From an uncultured Gammaproteobacteria bacterium (GTDB lineage: Bacteria; Patescibacteriota; Microgenomatia; UBA12405; JAHJSD01): a stretch of 64,000 bases of DNA. A model generated the notes under the pieces. It had not been told where the DNA came from. It saw only the letters and a list, made by a program, of their open reading frames with translations, and ran no database searches. Shown here one piece after another: positions 8,942-17,531 of the stretch (position 1 is the stretch's first letter; each line of letters opens with the position of its first letter). The stretch covers positions 163,063 to 227,062 of the forward strand of contig CAZCGQ010000001.1 of assembly GCA_964498425.1 (NCBI GenBank). Reading direction: 5' to 3'. A program made the position numbers and the translations under genes.

Positions 8942-10945
8942 TTAATGCAGCCAGGCTTTTAACTTGTCGATTTCGTCCCGAACGCGAGCAGCTTTTTCAA
9001 ACTCCAACTCCCCTGCCAATTTATTCATTCTCCGGGTTAATTCAGAAATTTTTTCTTTGATTTCTTTTGGAGTTAAGGCTTCCGGATCAATCTTTAAGGG
9101 CTGATCATCACGCTGACTCCAACCAGGAACAATTTCTCCTCTAATCGGCTTTTTGATCGTTTCTGGAGTAATACCATGTTTCTGATTATATTCCAACTGA
9201 ACTTTCCGCCGACGATTAACCTCAGAGATTGCCTCTTTCATTGCATCGGTACGTTTGTCTGCATATAAAATTACCTCTCCGGCAGAATTTCTCGCCGCCC
9301 GACCCATTGTCTGGATTAAAGAAATCTTTGACCGCAAAAAACCGGAAATGTCAGCATCCAGAATTGCTACCAAAGAAACTTCCGGTAAATCCAAACCCTC
9401 TCTCAATAAATTTACTCCAACCAAAACATCATATTCACCTTTACGCAAATCTGTTAAAATTTGGCTTCGTTCAAGAGAATCCACATCAGAATGAATGTAC
9501 TGAACTTTGATGTCAGCGTCTCCAGTATGCTCCGGGTCATTTAAATATCGGGACAAATCCTCGGCTAACCGCTTAGTTAATGTTGTCACTAGCACTCGCT
9601 CTTTCTTCTTTTTGCGATTAATAATTTCTGCTATCACGTCCTCTACTTGTTTAGCTGTCGGCCGGATATCAATTTCCGGCTCAACCAATCCTGTCGGCCG
9701 GATTAACTGCTCAACAACCCGTCCATCCGCCTTATCCTTTTCCCAATCCCGAGGCGTAGCAGACGAATAGATAACCTGACTGGCCCGAGCAATAAATTCA
9801 TCAAATTTCAACGGCCGATTATCCAAAGCCGAGGGCAGTCGAAAGCCAAAATCAATCAAAGTCTGCTTTCGAGACTGATCACCACGGTACATGCCACCAA
9901 TCTGAGGAACAGTAATGTGTGATTCATCAATAACAATTAAAAAGTCGTCGCCAAAGGCATGTTGATAGTAATCTAGTAGGGTGTGCGGCGGGTCACCAGG
10001 TTCACGGTTATCAAAATAACGGGAATAGTTTTCAATACCCTTAACATACCCCATTTCCTGAATCATCTCCATGTCGTATTCAACCCGCTGTTCTAACCGC
10101 TGAGCCTCGACCAAATTTCCTTCTTCCTTTAGCTCGTTAACCCGGTCAATTAAATCCCGCCGGATTTCTTTAACCGCCGGCTGAATAATATCCGGGTCGG
10201 TTAAGTAATGTTTAGCCGGATAAACTACGGCATTATCAACCTTTTTTTTCTCACCGGAAAAAACACCCCGAGTCGCCAGCTCGCTAATCCGGTTATCGTT
10301 ATATTTAATTTCTAGAATTTCCTCGGAATAAGCGGGAAATATCTGAACTAGATTACCTCGTTGTCGAAATTGGCCGCGAGCCAACTCCCAACGGTTAGCC
10401 ATATAATGCATATCAACTAACTTTTCTTTCAACTTCTGCGGTGAAATTTGCTTGCCCGGCTCTAGTTCAAGGACATATCGTTTATATTCCAGCGGTGAAC
10501 CAAGATTGTAAATACAAGACACCGAGGCAACAATAATTACGTCATCGCGAGACAAAATCTGACTGGTTGCTTTTAACCGCAACTTATCAATTTCCTCATT
10601 AACTTCTGTTTCTTTAGCAATATAGGTATCAGTTTGCGGCAGATATGATTCCGGCAAATAGTAGTCATAATAAGAAATAAAAAAACCAACGGCATTATTA
10701 GGAAAAAAGTCCCGGAATTCCTGATAAAGCTGAGCGGCCAAGGTTTTGTTGTGAGAAATCACCAGGGTTGGTTTCTGGGTATTAGCAATGACATTAGCAA
10801 TCGTGAAAGTTTTACCACTTCCGGTTACCCCAAGTAAAACTTGATCTTTAATATCCTGATTAATTCCCTCTGTCAATTTTTCAATTGCCTGAGGCTGGTC
10901 ACCAGTCGGTTGAAAATCCGCCGTAAGTTCAAATTTCATCGCCAT
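8942..10945 (-). CDS. uvrB: Excinuclease ABC subunit B
   Basis: Helicase motifs (LLGVTGSGKTFT, DESH), a beta-hairpin region and a C-terminal UVR domain (KAARVRDEIDKLK). Confidence 0.93.
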   Translation of the reverse strand: MAMKFELTADFQPTGDQPQAIEKLTEGINQDIKDQVLLGVTGSGKTFTIANVIANTQKPTLVISHNKTLAAQLYQEFRDFFPNNAVGFFISYYDYYLPESYLPQTDTYIAKETEVNEEIDKLRLKATSQILSRDDVIIVASVSCIYNLGSPLEYKRYVLELEPGKQISPQKLKEKLVDMHYMANRWELARGQFRQRGNLVQIFPAYSEEILEIKYNDNRISELATRGVFSGEKKKVDNAVVYPAKHYLTDPDIIQPAVKEIRRDLIDRVNELKEEGNLVEAQRLEQRVEYDMEMIQEMGYVKGIENYSRYFDNREPGDPPHTLLDYYQHAFGDDFLIVIDESHITVPQIGGMYRGDQSRKQTLIDFGFRLPSALDNRPLKFDEFIARASQVIYSSATPRDWEKDKADGRVVEQLIRPTGLVEPEIDIRPTAKQVEDVIAEIINRKKKKERVLVTTLTKRLAEDLSRYLNDPEHTGDADIKVQYIHSDVDSLERSQILTDLRKGEYDVLVGVNLLREGLDLPEVSLVAILDADISGFLRSKISLIQTMGRAARNSAGEVILYADKRTDAMKEAISEVNRRRKVQLEYNQKHGITPETIKKPIRGEIVPGWSQRDDQPLKIDPEALTPKEIKEKISELTRRMNKLAGELEFEKAARVRDEIDKLKAWLH

Positions 10946-11032
10946 TTATTCTATCACGCACACCTATCTCTTACTTCAAAACACTATAATCAAACGAATG
11001 ATTGTAGTTATTACCGCATATTTTTTAGGAGG

Positions 11033-11734
11033 TTATTTTTTGCCGGTTTCTAATTTTTTGCGAGTTTCACGAACGGCAATCGCTGGAAGTGAATCTTCGT
11101 TTTCATTAAGGTAATCCTCAACTAGTTGGTGATGTTTTTTAGTCATCTCCCGCAATAACCAGGATATTGCTTTGGTAATCAACTTATCATCTTCGGATTT
11201 CAACCCTTGAATATTTTCTAACGCCAAATCAGTAAGCCGGATATCTTCTGAATCCCGAACCGGCTTAACCAAAAGAACTAATGACGCTCGACGCTTAGAA
11301 ATATTTTGGCTTTGGTTAAACCTTTTTAGCCATTTTTTCCATTCCTGCCAATTATCCAATAGTTCCTGAGCAGTAAAGGTTGATTGACATAATCCATCAA
11401 TTTCCGCCCAACCCTCTAGCTCATCAAGCCATTGATCCAATTTTGCTGGATTAATTTTTCTTCTTTGTTTGGTCATGTACCCAAGAAGCATTCCAGCTAA
11501 AGTTTTTTCATCATAGGATTTGCCTTGAAACAAAGAATTTAGAAGAGCTACAAATTCGTCAACAGAAATATCCTTATTATCCTTTTTCCACGCTTTGGCA
11601 ATTTCTCTTTTCTGGGGATTGGATAAACCATAGTTTTGGTGGCTGCTTCCTAAATATCCTTTCGGCGGTTCTTTATCAATATTATCCGCCACTTTTTTGA
11701 TTTCTGCCAACAATTCAAGATGATGCTTATTCAT
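11033..11734 (-). CDS. DNA alkylation repair protein (AlkD/AlkC-like HEAT-repeat glycosylase family)
   Basis: All-helical protein with an ISWLLREM-type motif and W/K-rich helices typical of the PF08713 DNA_alkylation family. The start is set at MNKHHLELL (11734). The longer ORF starting at 11779 would begin inside a 14-bp palindrome. Confidence 0.5.
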   Translation of the reverse strand: MNKHHLELLAEIKKVADNIDKEPPKGYLGSSHQNYGLSNPQKREIAKAWKKDNKDISVDEFVALLNSLFQGKSYDEKTLAGMLLGYMTKQRRKINPAKLDQWLDELEGWAEIDGLCQSTFTAQELLDNWQEWKKWLKRFNQSQNISKRRASLVLLVKPVRDSEDIRLTDLALENIQGLKSEDDKLITKAISWLLREMTKKHHQLVEDYLNENEDSLPAIAVRETRKKLETGKK

Positions 11735-11783
11735 AACAAATTTTATCACAAACAAAAACAGTCTGATGATTCGAATCATTAGA

Positions 11784-11996
11784 CTATTCTAAAGATTTTT
11801 TCTGGCACATTATTCCCAATCGAGAATCGGGAATGTATTGATCATACATCTTCTCTTCATCTTCACGAGACCGAGGTTCTTCACCACTATTTAACCTCAG
11901 CTGAATATCAATTTGGCGGGGAGTTGCCAAACGCCTGGTAGAATCACTTGTTTCTCCACTGTGGGCTTTGCGCACCCTTTCTTCCCAGCTCGTCAT
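11784..11996 (-). CDS. Hypothetical small protein (70 aa)
   Basis: ORF only; no recognisable motif. Low-complexity charged sequence. Confidence 0.2.
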   Translation of the reverse strand: MTSWEERVRKAHSGETSDSTRRLATPRQIDIQLRLNSGEEPRSREDEEKMYDQYIPDSRLGIMCQKKSLE

Positions 11997-12059
11997 ATAA
12001 CTTAATTATCAAGATAGCACTATACATCAGCACCGTCAAGAAGTAAATTTGGTGTTAAA

Positions 12060-12683
12060 ATGTACAAGATGAAAATTCAAAAATTTGTTGTTGGCGAATT
12101 GCAAACTAACTGCTATCTGGTTTCCGAACAACTGTCCGATAAATGTTTAATCATTGACCCGGGCGATGAAGCCAATTTAATTTCTGAAAATATCTTACGC
12201 CAAAATTTAAAACCAAAATCAATAATTGCTACCCACGGTCATTTCGACCATCTTTTGGCGGCTAATGAACTGCAGTTATCCTTTGATATTCCCCTGCTAA
12301 TTCATCCTGATGACGAAAAAATCCTCAATTACATGACCGATTCTGCTCAACACTGGCTTAAACGGGAAATTATTGAACAACCACCGACAAATATTCACTT
12401 TCTTGAAGAAAGTGAGAAATTAGAAACTGGAAACTGGAATCTAGAAGTCATTCATACCCCAGGTCACTCTCCCGGGGGAATATGTCTTGTTTGTCGAAAA
12501 AACAAAGTGATTTTCACTGGTGATACTCTTTTTAAAGATGGGATTGGACGGACTAATTTTTCATACGGATCACGGCAAAAAATGAAAAAGTCACTCCAAA
12601 AAATCCGTGAGAATTTTGCCGGATTTACCGCCTATCCCGGCCACGGCGAAGAATTCATAATCCCTTCTCTTGCATCTCTTTGA
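12060..12683 (+). CDS. MBL-fold metallo-hydrolase (glyoxalase II-like)
   Basis: HGHFDH metal-binding motif plus downstream His and Asp residues. The second Met at 12069 is an alternative start. Confidence 0.8.
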   Translation: MYKMKIQKFVVGELQTNCYLVSEQLSDKCLIIDPGDEANLISENILRQNLKPKSIIATHGHFDHLLAANELQLSFDIPLLIHPDDEKILNYMTDSAQHWLKREIIEQPPTNIHFLEESEKLETGNWNLEVIHTPGHSPGGICLVCRKNKVIFTGDTLFKDGIGRTNFSYGSRQKMKKSLQKIRENFAGFTAYPGHGEEFIIPSLASL

Positions 12684-13518
12684 GAAGCTGTTTTTGGTCT
12701 CGAGTCGGAGAATCAGGAATGTCGATATTAACTTGGACATATTGGTTGCCGCGGCGGTTGGAATGCGGAGCCTTTACCCCCTTACCCCGCAGCCGAATCA
12801 TTGTCCCCGACTCTGTTCCAGGCCGGATTTTCAATTTGACCTGGTCGTCATAAACCGTTTCTACTTCCACTGTTCCGCCCAAAACAGCCGTACTAAAGGG
12901 GATTTTCTTTTCAACAATAATATCCAAACCTCGACGTTCAAATTTGGGATGACTTGCAACTCGAATTAGAAGATAAAAATCATCAAACCGAATTCGTTGC
13001 CCATCTTGAACGCCTGCTGGAATTTTAATTTTCTTAGACCCGCCGTCCAATTGAACTTCTTTTTCCACACCATTAATTGCCTCCATAAAGCCAATTTGAA
13101 TTTGATAAGTCGGCTTACGAGGTCGACGCTGGCCGAATGGAGAAGCCCCACCAAAGAATTGATTAAATATTTCGAACGGATCAGAAAAACCACCAAAATC
13201 GCCTTCGCCGAAAGGAGACTCACCGCCCCCAAAATTAAAAGAATAAGTAAACGGGCCTTGCTGACCACCTTGAAAACCACCGCTGCCTCCCATTCCTTCC
13301 TGAAAGGCAGCATGGCCAAATTGATCGTAAGCTTTCCGTTTCTGGGGATCAGATAAAACTTCATAGGCCGCGTTTATTTCCTTAAACTTCTCTTCTGCCT
13401 GGTCAGAATCATTTTTGTCGGGATGCCATTTTAAAGCCAATTTACGGTAAGACTTTTTTATTTCTTCTTGAGAAGCCGATTTGTCAACACCAAGTGTTTC
13501 ATAATAGTCATTAGGCAT
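12655..13518 (-). CDS. dnaJ: DnaJ-family co-chaperone (J domain + G/F region + C-terminal domains, no zinc-finger; CbpA/type II-like)
   Basis: DYYETLGV...[16 protein letters not shown] with the HPD motif, and a Gly/Phe-rich linker. No CxxCxGxG repeats. Follows dnaK. Confidence 0.88.
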   Translation of the reverse strand: MPNDYYETLGVDKSASQEEIKKSYRKLALKWHPDKNDSDQAEEKFKEINAAYEVLSDPQKRKAYDQFGHAAFQEGMGGSGGFQGGQQGPFTYSFNFGGGESPFGEGDFGGFSDPFEIFNQFFGGASPFGQRRPRKPTYQIQIGFMEAINGVEKEVQLDGGSKKIKIPAGVQDGQRIRFDDFYLLIRVASHPKFERRGLDIIVEKKIPFSTAVLGGTVEVETVYDDQVKLKIRPGTESGTMIRLRGKGVKAPHSNRRGNQYVQVNIDIPDSPTRDQKQLLKEMQEKGL

Positions 13519-13548
13519 AATTGTAAATTGGAAATTGGAAATTGAAAA

Positions 13549-15450
13549 TTAATCTACTATCTCTCCCTCTTCTGCATCTTCATCACTTTCCGGTTCTATT
13601 TCTTCTTCTTTCTTCTCTGGTTCTTGGGCACCGGCTTGATGCAGCTTCGTTCCTACTTTTTGTAAGGTTTGACTTAAACTTTCAGTTGCTTTTTCGAAAG
13701 TTTCCTTGGTCGCCTCCTTGTCAGACAAAGCCTCTTTAGCCTTCTCCACCGCCTGGGAAATCTCCTCTTTGTCTTCTTCAGCTAACTTATCCTTAGCGTC
13801 CTCAACCATCTTCTCAGCCGCAAAAATTGTGTTATCCAAATTATTTCTTGCCTCAGCTAATTCCTTCTTTCTTTCATCTTCCTCAGCGTGTTTATCGGCT
13901 TCTTCCTTCATTTTCTCAACTTCCTCTTCAGACAGTTGAGTGGCATTTTTTATTTCAATATCCTGTTTCTTGCCAGTTGCTTTATCCTTAGCCGTAACTT
14001 TCAAAATTCCATTGGCGTCAATATTAAAAGTAACTTCAATCTGAGGCACGCCTCTTGGCGCTGGTGGAATACCGTCTAGTATAAACCGACCTAAGGACTT
14101 GTTATCCGAAGCCATCGGCCGTTCACCTTGAAGAACATGAATTTCAACTTGGGTCTGGTTATCAGCAGCAGTTGAAAAAACCTTTGATTTTTCTGTTGGA
14201 ACAGTTGTGTTGCGATCAATTAATGGCGTCATCACTCCACCCATAGTCTCAATTCCTAGGGTTAAAGGCGTAACGTCAAGAAGCAAAACATCCTTAACTT
14301 CCCCAGAAATTACCGCCGCTTGTATTGCCGCTCCAACGGCAACTACTTCATCAGGATTAACTGATTTATTTAAATCTTTGCCAAAGAATTCCTTAACAGT
14401 CTCTTGAATTTTGGGCATCCTTGTCTGACCGCCAACCATAATAATTTCATCGATGTCACTTGTCTTTAAACCGGCATCATTCAAACAGGACTTAACCGGG
14501 TCCATTGTCTTTTTAATTAAGTCATCGGTCATTTGCTCTAACTTTGACCGAGTTAACTCTAATTCCAAGTGAACCGGCTCGCCTTCCTTTTGAGTAATAA
14601 ACGGTAAATTTATTGTTGTTTCCTGCTTGGAAGAAAGTTCCTTTTTAGCTTTCTCAGCTGCTTCCTTAAGTCTCTGCATTGCCTGATCGTCTTCTTGAAG
14701 ATTGACATCTTCCTTCTTACCAAATTCTTCAAGGGCCCAATCAATTATTCTTTGGTCAAAATCTTCACCGCCAAGAAAAGTATCTCCATTAGTCGCTTTA
14801 ACCTCAAAAACACCATCACCAATTTCCAGAACTGAAACATCAAATGTCCCGCCGCCCAAGTCATAAACAGCAATTGTTTCTCCAGCTTTCTTTTCTAAAC
14901 CATAGGCTAAAGAAGCTGCTGTTGGCTCATTAACAATCCGTTCAACCTCCAACCCAGCAATTTTTCCGGCCTGCTTGGTTGCTTGACGTTGGGAGTCGTC
15001 GAAATAGGCAGGAACAGTAATTACTGCTCGACTGACTTCTTCGCCCAAATATTCTTCTGCATCCTTTTTTGCTTTTTGTAAAATTTTGGCAGAAATTTCC
15101 TGTGGTGTGTAAACCTTATCCTTAACCTCAACCGCCGCCATGTCATTTTTACCTTTGACAATTTCGTAAGGAACCATCTTTTTGGCTTTTTCAACCTCTT
15201 CACTGTCATATCGCCGACCCATTAACCGTTTAATAGCATAAATTGTCTGCTTTGGCTCAAGGACCATCTGCCGCCGGGCCAATTCCCCAACTTGACCCTC
15301 AACCGGGTCAACTACAGAAGGAATTAAGTTACTCCCCTCACTAGTTGGAATAACTTTCGGCTTACCGCCTTCCATTACCGCTACACAAGAATTAGTTGTT
15401 CCTAAATCAATTCCAATTATTTTACTCATTGTTTTTTTGTCCTTTGCCAA
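13549..15450 (-). CDS. dnaK: Chaperone DnaK (Hsp70)
   Basis: [14 protein letters not shown] and DLGGGTFD motifs and a full Hsp70 ATPase domain, with an acidic C-terminal tail. Confidence 0.95.
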   Translation of the reverse strand: MAKDKKTMSKIIGIDLGTTNSCVAVMEGGKPKVIPTSEGSNLIPSVVDPVEGQVGELARRQMVLEPKQTIYAIKRLMGRRYDSEEVEKAKKMVPYEIVKGKNDMAAVEVKDKVYTPQEISAKILQKAKKDAEEYLGEEVSRAVITVPAYFDDSQRQATKQAGKIAGLEVERIVNEPTAASLAYGLEKKAGETIAVYDLGGGTFDVSVLEIGDGVFEVKATNGDTFLGGEDFDQRIIDWALEEFGKKEDVNLQEDDQAMQRLKEAAEKAKKELSSKQETTINLPFITQKEGEPVHLELELTRSKLEQMTDDLIKKTMDPVKSCLNDAGLKTSDIDEIIMVGGQTRMPKIQETVKEFFGKDLNKSVNPDEVVAVGAAIQAAVISGEVKDVLLLDVTPLTLGIETMGGVMTPLIDRNTTVPTEKSKVFSTAADNQTQVEIHVLQGERPMASDNKSLGRFILDGIPPAPRGVPQIEVTFNIDANGILKVTAKDKATGKKQDIEIKNATQLSEEEVEKMKEEADKHAEEDERKKELAEARNNLDNTIFAAEKMVEDAKDKLAEEDKEEISQAVEKAKEALSDKEATKETFEKATESLSQTLQKVGTKLHQAGAQEPEKKEEEIEPESDEDAEEGEIVD

Positions 15451-15865
15451 CAGTTACTTTGGCTGGTCGAATAACCTCTCCGTTTAACATGTAACCTCCC
15501 TGGGTTACGTTAACTACTTCGTTTTTCGGACCATTTACCATCTTAACACAATCCATCCTATCCGCGTCAAATTCTTTCCCCTCAGCCTCAATTTTCTCAA
15601 CCCCTTCGCTGGATAAAGTTGACCAAAATTGGTTAACCGCCATTGTCAAACCCTTATCATTAATCTTTTCTTTCGCCCTGACAAAATCTTCATAAACGTC
15701 TAACATTTTGTCTATCAACCTGGCTGCAACCCGATTTCGCCATTTACTTTGCTGATTTTCAATTCGTTTACACAAATTATCATAATCAGCCAAGGCTCTT
15801 TTCAGTTGGGTTTCCAGCTCATCGATCTTCTGACCAATGTCGTCTTCTTTTGTCTTTTTAGCCAT
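15422..15865 (-). CDS. grpE: Nucleotide exchange factor GrpE
   Basis: Coiled-coil N-terminus plus the GrpE beta domain. Sits between hrcA and dnaK. Confidence 0.85.
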   Translation of the reverse strand: MAKKTKEDDIGQKIDELETQLKRALADYDNLCKRIENQQSKWRNRVAARLIDKMLDVYEDFVRAKEKINDKGLTMAVNQFWSTLSSEGVEKIEAEGKEFDADRMDCVKMVNGPKNEVVNVTQGGYMLNGEVIRPAKVTVGKGQKNNE

Positions 15866-15867
15866 AA

Positions 15868-16599
15868 CTACCTCCCGTACTCGCTCAGTAAATTAGCGAC
15901 ATAATCAACTAAGGGGATAACTTGCGAATAAGGCAGACGAGCCGGGCCAATAACTCCAATCAATCCCCGATGCGGAGCTGCCTCATAGGTTTGATAGACA
16001 AAACCGCAGGGCTCAAGGAATTCCCTCTCCAACTCTTCTCCGATCAATAAATAAAACGGTTGTTCCATCTCATTAGAAAAGGTTTGTTTAACAATTTTTA
16101 CCCAATAATCGTCCTTATCAATCAAGGTTAAAACTGTTTTGGTTACGTCAATATCAAAGAATTCCTTATAATCAAGTAAATTCGCCATCCCGTGACTAGT
16201 AAATTCCCCTTCTTGGGTTGTTGCCAAAGCTAATGCTTGGGTTCGACGCGACAGCTCTCTAGTTGCCTCTTCCAGAAATTTTTCAAAATCATGACGATAA
16301 TCCCAAATTTTTTCCTTGACACCAACTTCTTGGGCAACTGAGAGTTTTTCTGGCGCCATTAAATTACGGACATAATACTTGAGGCCCATTGAAGTCGGCA
16401 TTCTACCTGCTGAAGGGTGGGGTTTCTTAAGATAACCAAGCTGAGTTAACTTACTCATTTCAGTTCGAATTGTTGCCGGAGAGACATCCAAATTGTACTT
16501 TTTTTCCAACGTTGAACTGCCCACCGGCTCGGCGGTATCAATAAACTCTTCAACAACTGACTTAAGAATGTCTATTTGACGATTAGTTAACTGTGCCAT
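15868..16599 (-). CDS. hrcA: Heat-inducible transcription repressor HrcA (short form)
   Basis: N-terminal winged HTH (LTNRQIDILKSVVEEFIDTAEPVGSSTL). First gene of the hrcA-grpE-dnaK-dnaJ order. Confidence 0.85.
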   Translation of the reverse strand: MAQLTNRQIDILKSVVEEFIDTAEPVGSSTLEKKYNLDVSPATIRTEMSKLTQLGYLKKPHPSAGRMPTSMGLKYYVRNLMAPEKLSVAQEVGVKEKIWDYRHDFEKFLEEATRELSRRTQALALATTQEGEFTSHGMANLLDYKEFFDIDVTKTVLTLIDKDDYWVKIVKQTFSNEMEQPFYLLIGEELEREFLEPCGFVYQTYEAAPHRGLIGVIGPARLPYSQVIPLVDYVANLLSEYGR

Positions 16600-16603
16600 C
16601 TTA

Positions 16604-16630
16604 TTAGCAGTAGATTATCACGTCTGCTAA
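16604..16630 (-). promoter_or_regulatory. CIRCE-like inverted repeat (TTAGCAGTA-N9-GTCTGCTAA), putative HrcA operator
   Basis: A 9+9+9 architecture identical to CIRCE (TTAGCACTC-N9-GAGTGCTAA), with 6/9 matches in each arm. It ends 5 nt upstream of the hrcA start codon. Confidence 0.55.
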
Positions 16631-16636
16631 CAGCTG

Positions 16637-16957
16637 TCAAGACTTGTTTTTCTTGTAAATCACTGCCAGACAAACGGCGGAAAGGAGGATAACATTCAAC
16701 CAATGTAACTGGCGAATCAGCTGAAGTAAGAGTAAAGCGGTTAAGTAAAATCCCGCTGTAATGCTCCAAACGAGATTGTTGGAAATTAAATAGAAAGTTA
16801 GATTCAAGGCAAAAAGAAAATTAGCTAAAAAGCCAGCAATTCGCCAGCCGTTAACCGGAGGTACAAAGAAAAACATCAGCCAAAAACCTGTCCAAAAGAC
16901 AATTGCTCCTAAATAGACCAGCCAATCAACCAATTTCCTTTTTGTCCCCCGCTTCAT
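16637..16957 (-). CDS. Small integral membrane protein (3 predicted TM helices), function unknown
   Basis: Strongly hydrophobic ORF with no conserved motif. Confidence 0.35.
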   Translation of the reverse strand: MKRGTKRKLVDWLVYLGAIVFWTGFWLMFFFVPPVNGWRIAGFLANFLFALNLTFYLISNNLVWSITAGFYLTALLLLQLIRQLHWLNVILLSAVCLAVIYKKNKS

Positions 16958-17024
16958 AGCTACATTTTAGCTTAGATTTTAATTCCTTCCAATAATAAAA
17001 TTTTTAGATATGATAGACTAAATC

Positions 17025-17525
17025 ATGTTAAGCGATTATTTCAGTCAGGAGCTAATTAACCAAATTATCCAAAAGGGAATTAAAATTTTAGGCATTGTTG
17101 TCGGGGCTTATCTTATCCAGCGAATAGCAATAATCTCCATCAAAAAATTTGCTAACAAGGACAAACCGAGAATTGACACCTTAATTACCCTTCTTAAGGA
17201 ATCAGCTAAAATTGTCGTCAATTTTATTGGTTTGCTTCTCATTCTCACCGAACTCGGTTTCAATGTAGTCCCCCTAATTACCAGTGCCGGAGTCGTTGGC
17301 TTGGCCATCGGCATGGGCGCTAAAGACATTGCCGCTGACCTAATTGCTGGAATTTTCATGCTTATTGAGAACAGATTTAATGTCGGTGATAAGTTAGAAA
17401 TAAATTCTAAATATTCCGGCAAAGTAACCAAAATTGACTTGCGAACAATAACCCTAAAAACCGATGAGGGCAATCTTCACATTATTCCCAACTCCTCCAT
17501 CTCCACCCTAACCAAAATGAAGTAG
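17025..17525 (+). CDS. Mechanosensitive channel MscS-family protein (compact)
   Basis: Has the TM3-like helix GLAIGMGAKDIAADLIAGIFMLIENRFNVGD, followed by the beta-domain GKVTKIDLRTITLKTDEGNLHIIPNS. Confidence 0.7.
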   Translation: MLSDYFSQELINQIIQKGIKILGIVVGAYLIQRIAIISIKKFANKDKPRIDTLITLLKESAKIVVNFIGLLLILTELGFNVVPLITSAGVVGLAIGMGAKDIAADLIAGIFMLIENRFNVGDKLEINSKYSGKVTKIDLRTITLKTDEGNLHIIPNSSISTLTKMK

Positions 17526-17531
17526 GCTGGC

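Noticed and set aside
12966-13364. Two long antisense ORFs (132 and 119 aa) inside dnaJ
   Set aside because: They lie fully within the well-supported dnaJ reading frame on the opposite strand and have low-complexity, motif-free translations. They are typical shadow ORFs.
13519-13548. GGAAATTGGAAATTG motif shared between the dnaJ-dnaK spacer and the interior of the YYY gene as a possible mobile repeat
   Set aside because: It is only 14-15 nt of low-complexity AT-rich sequence in opposite transcript orientations. Chance similarity is likely.
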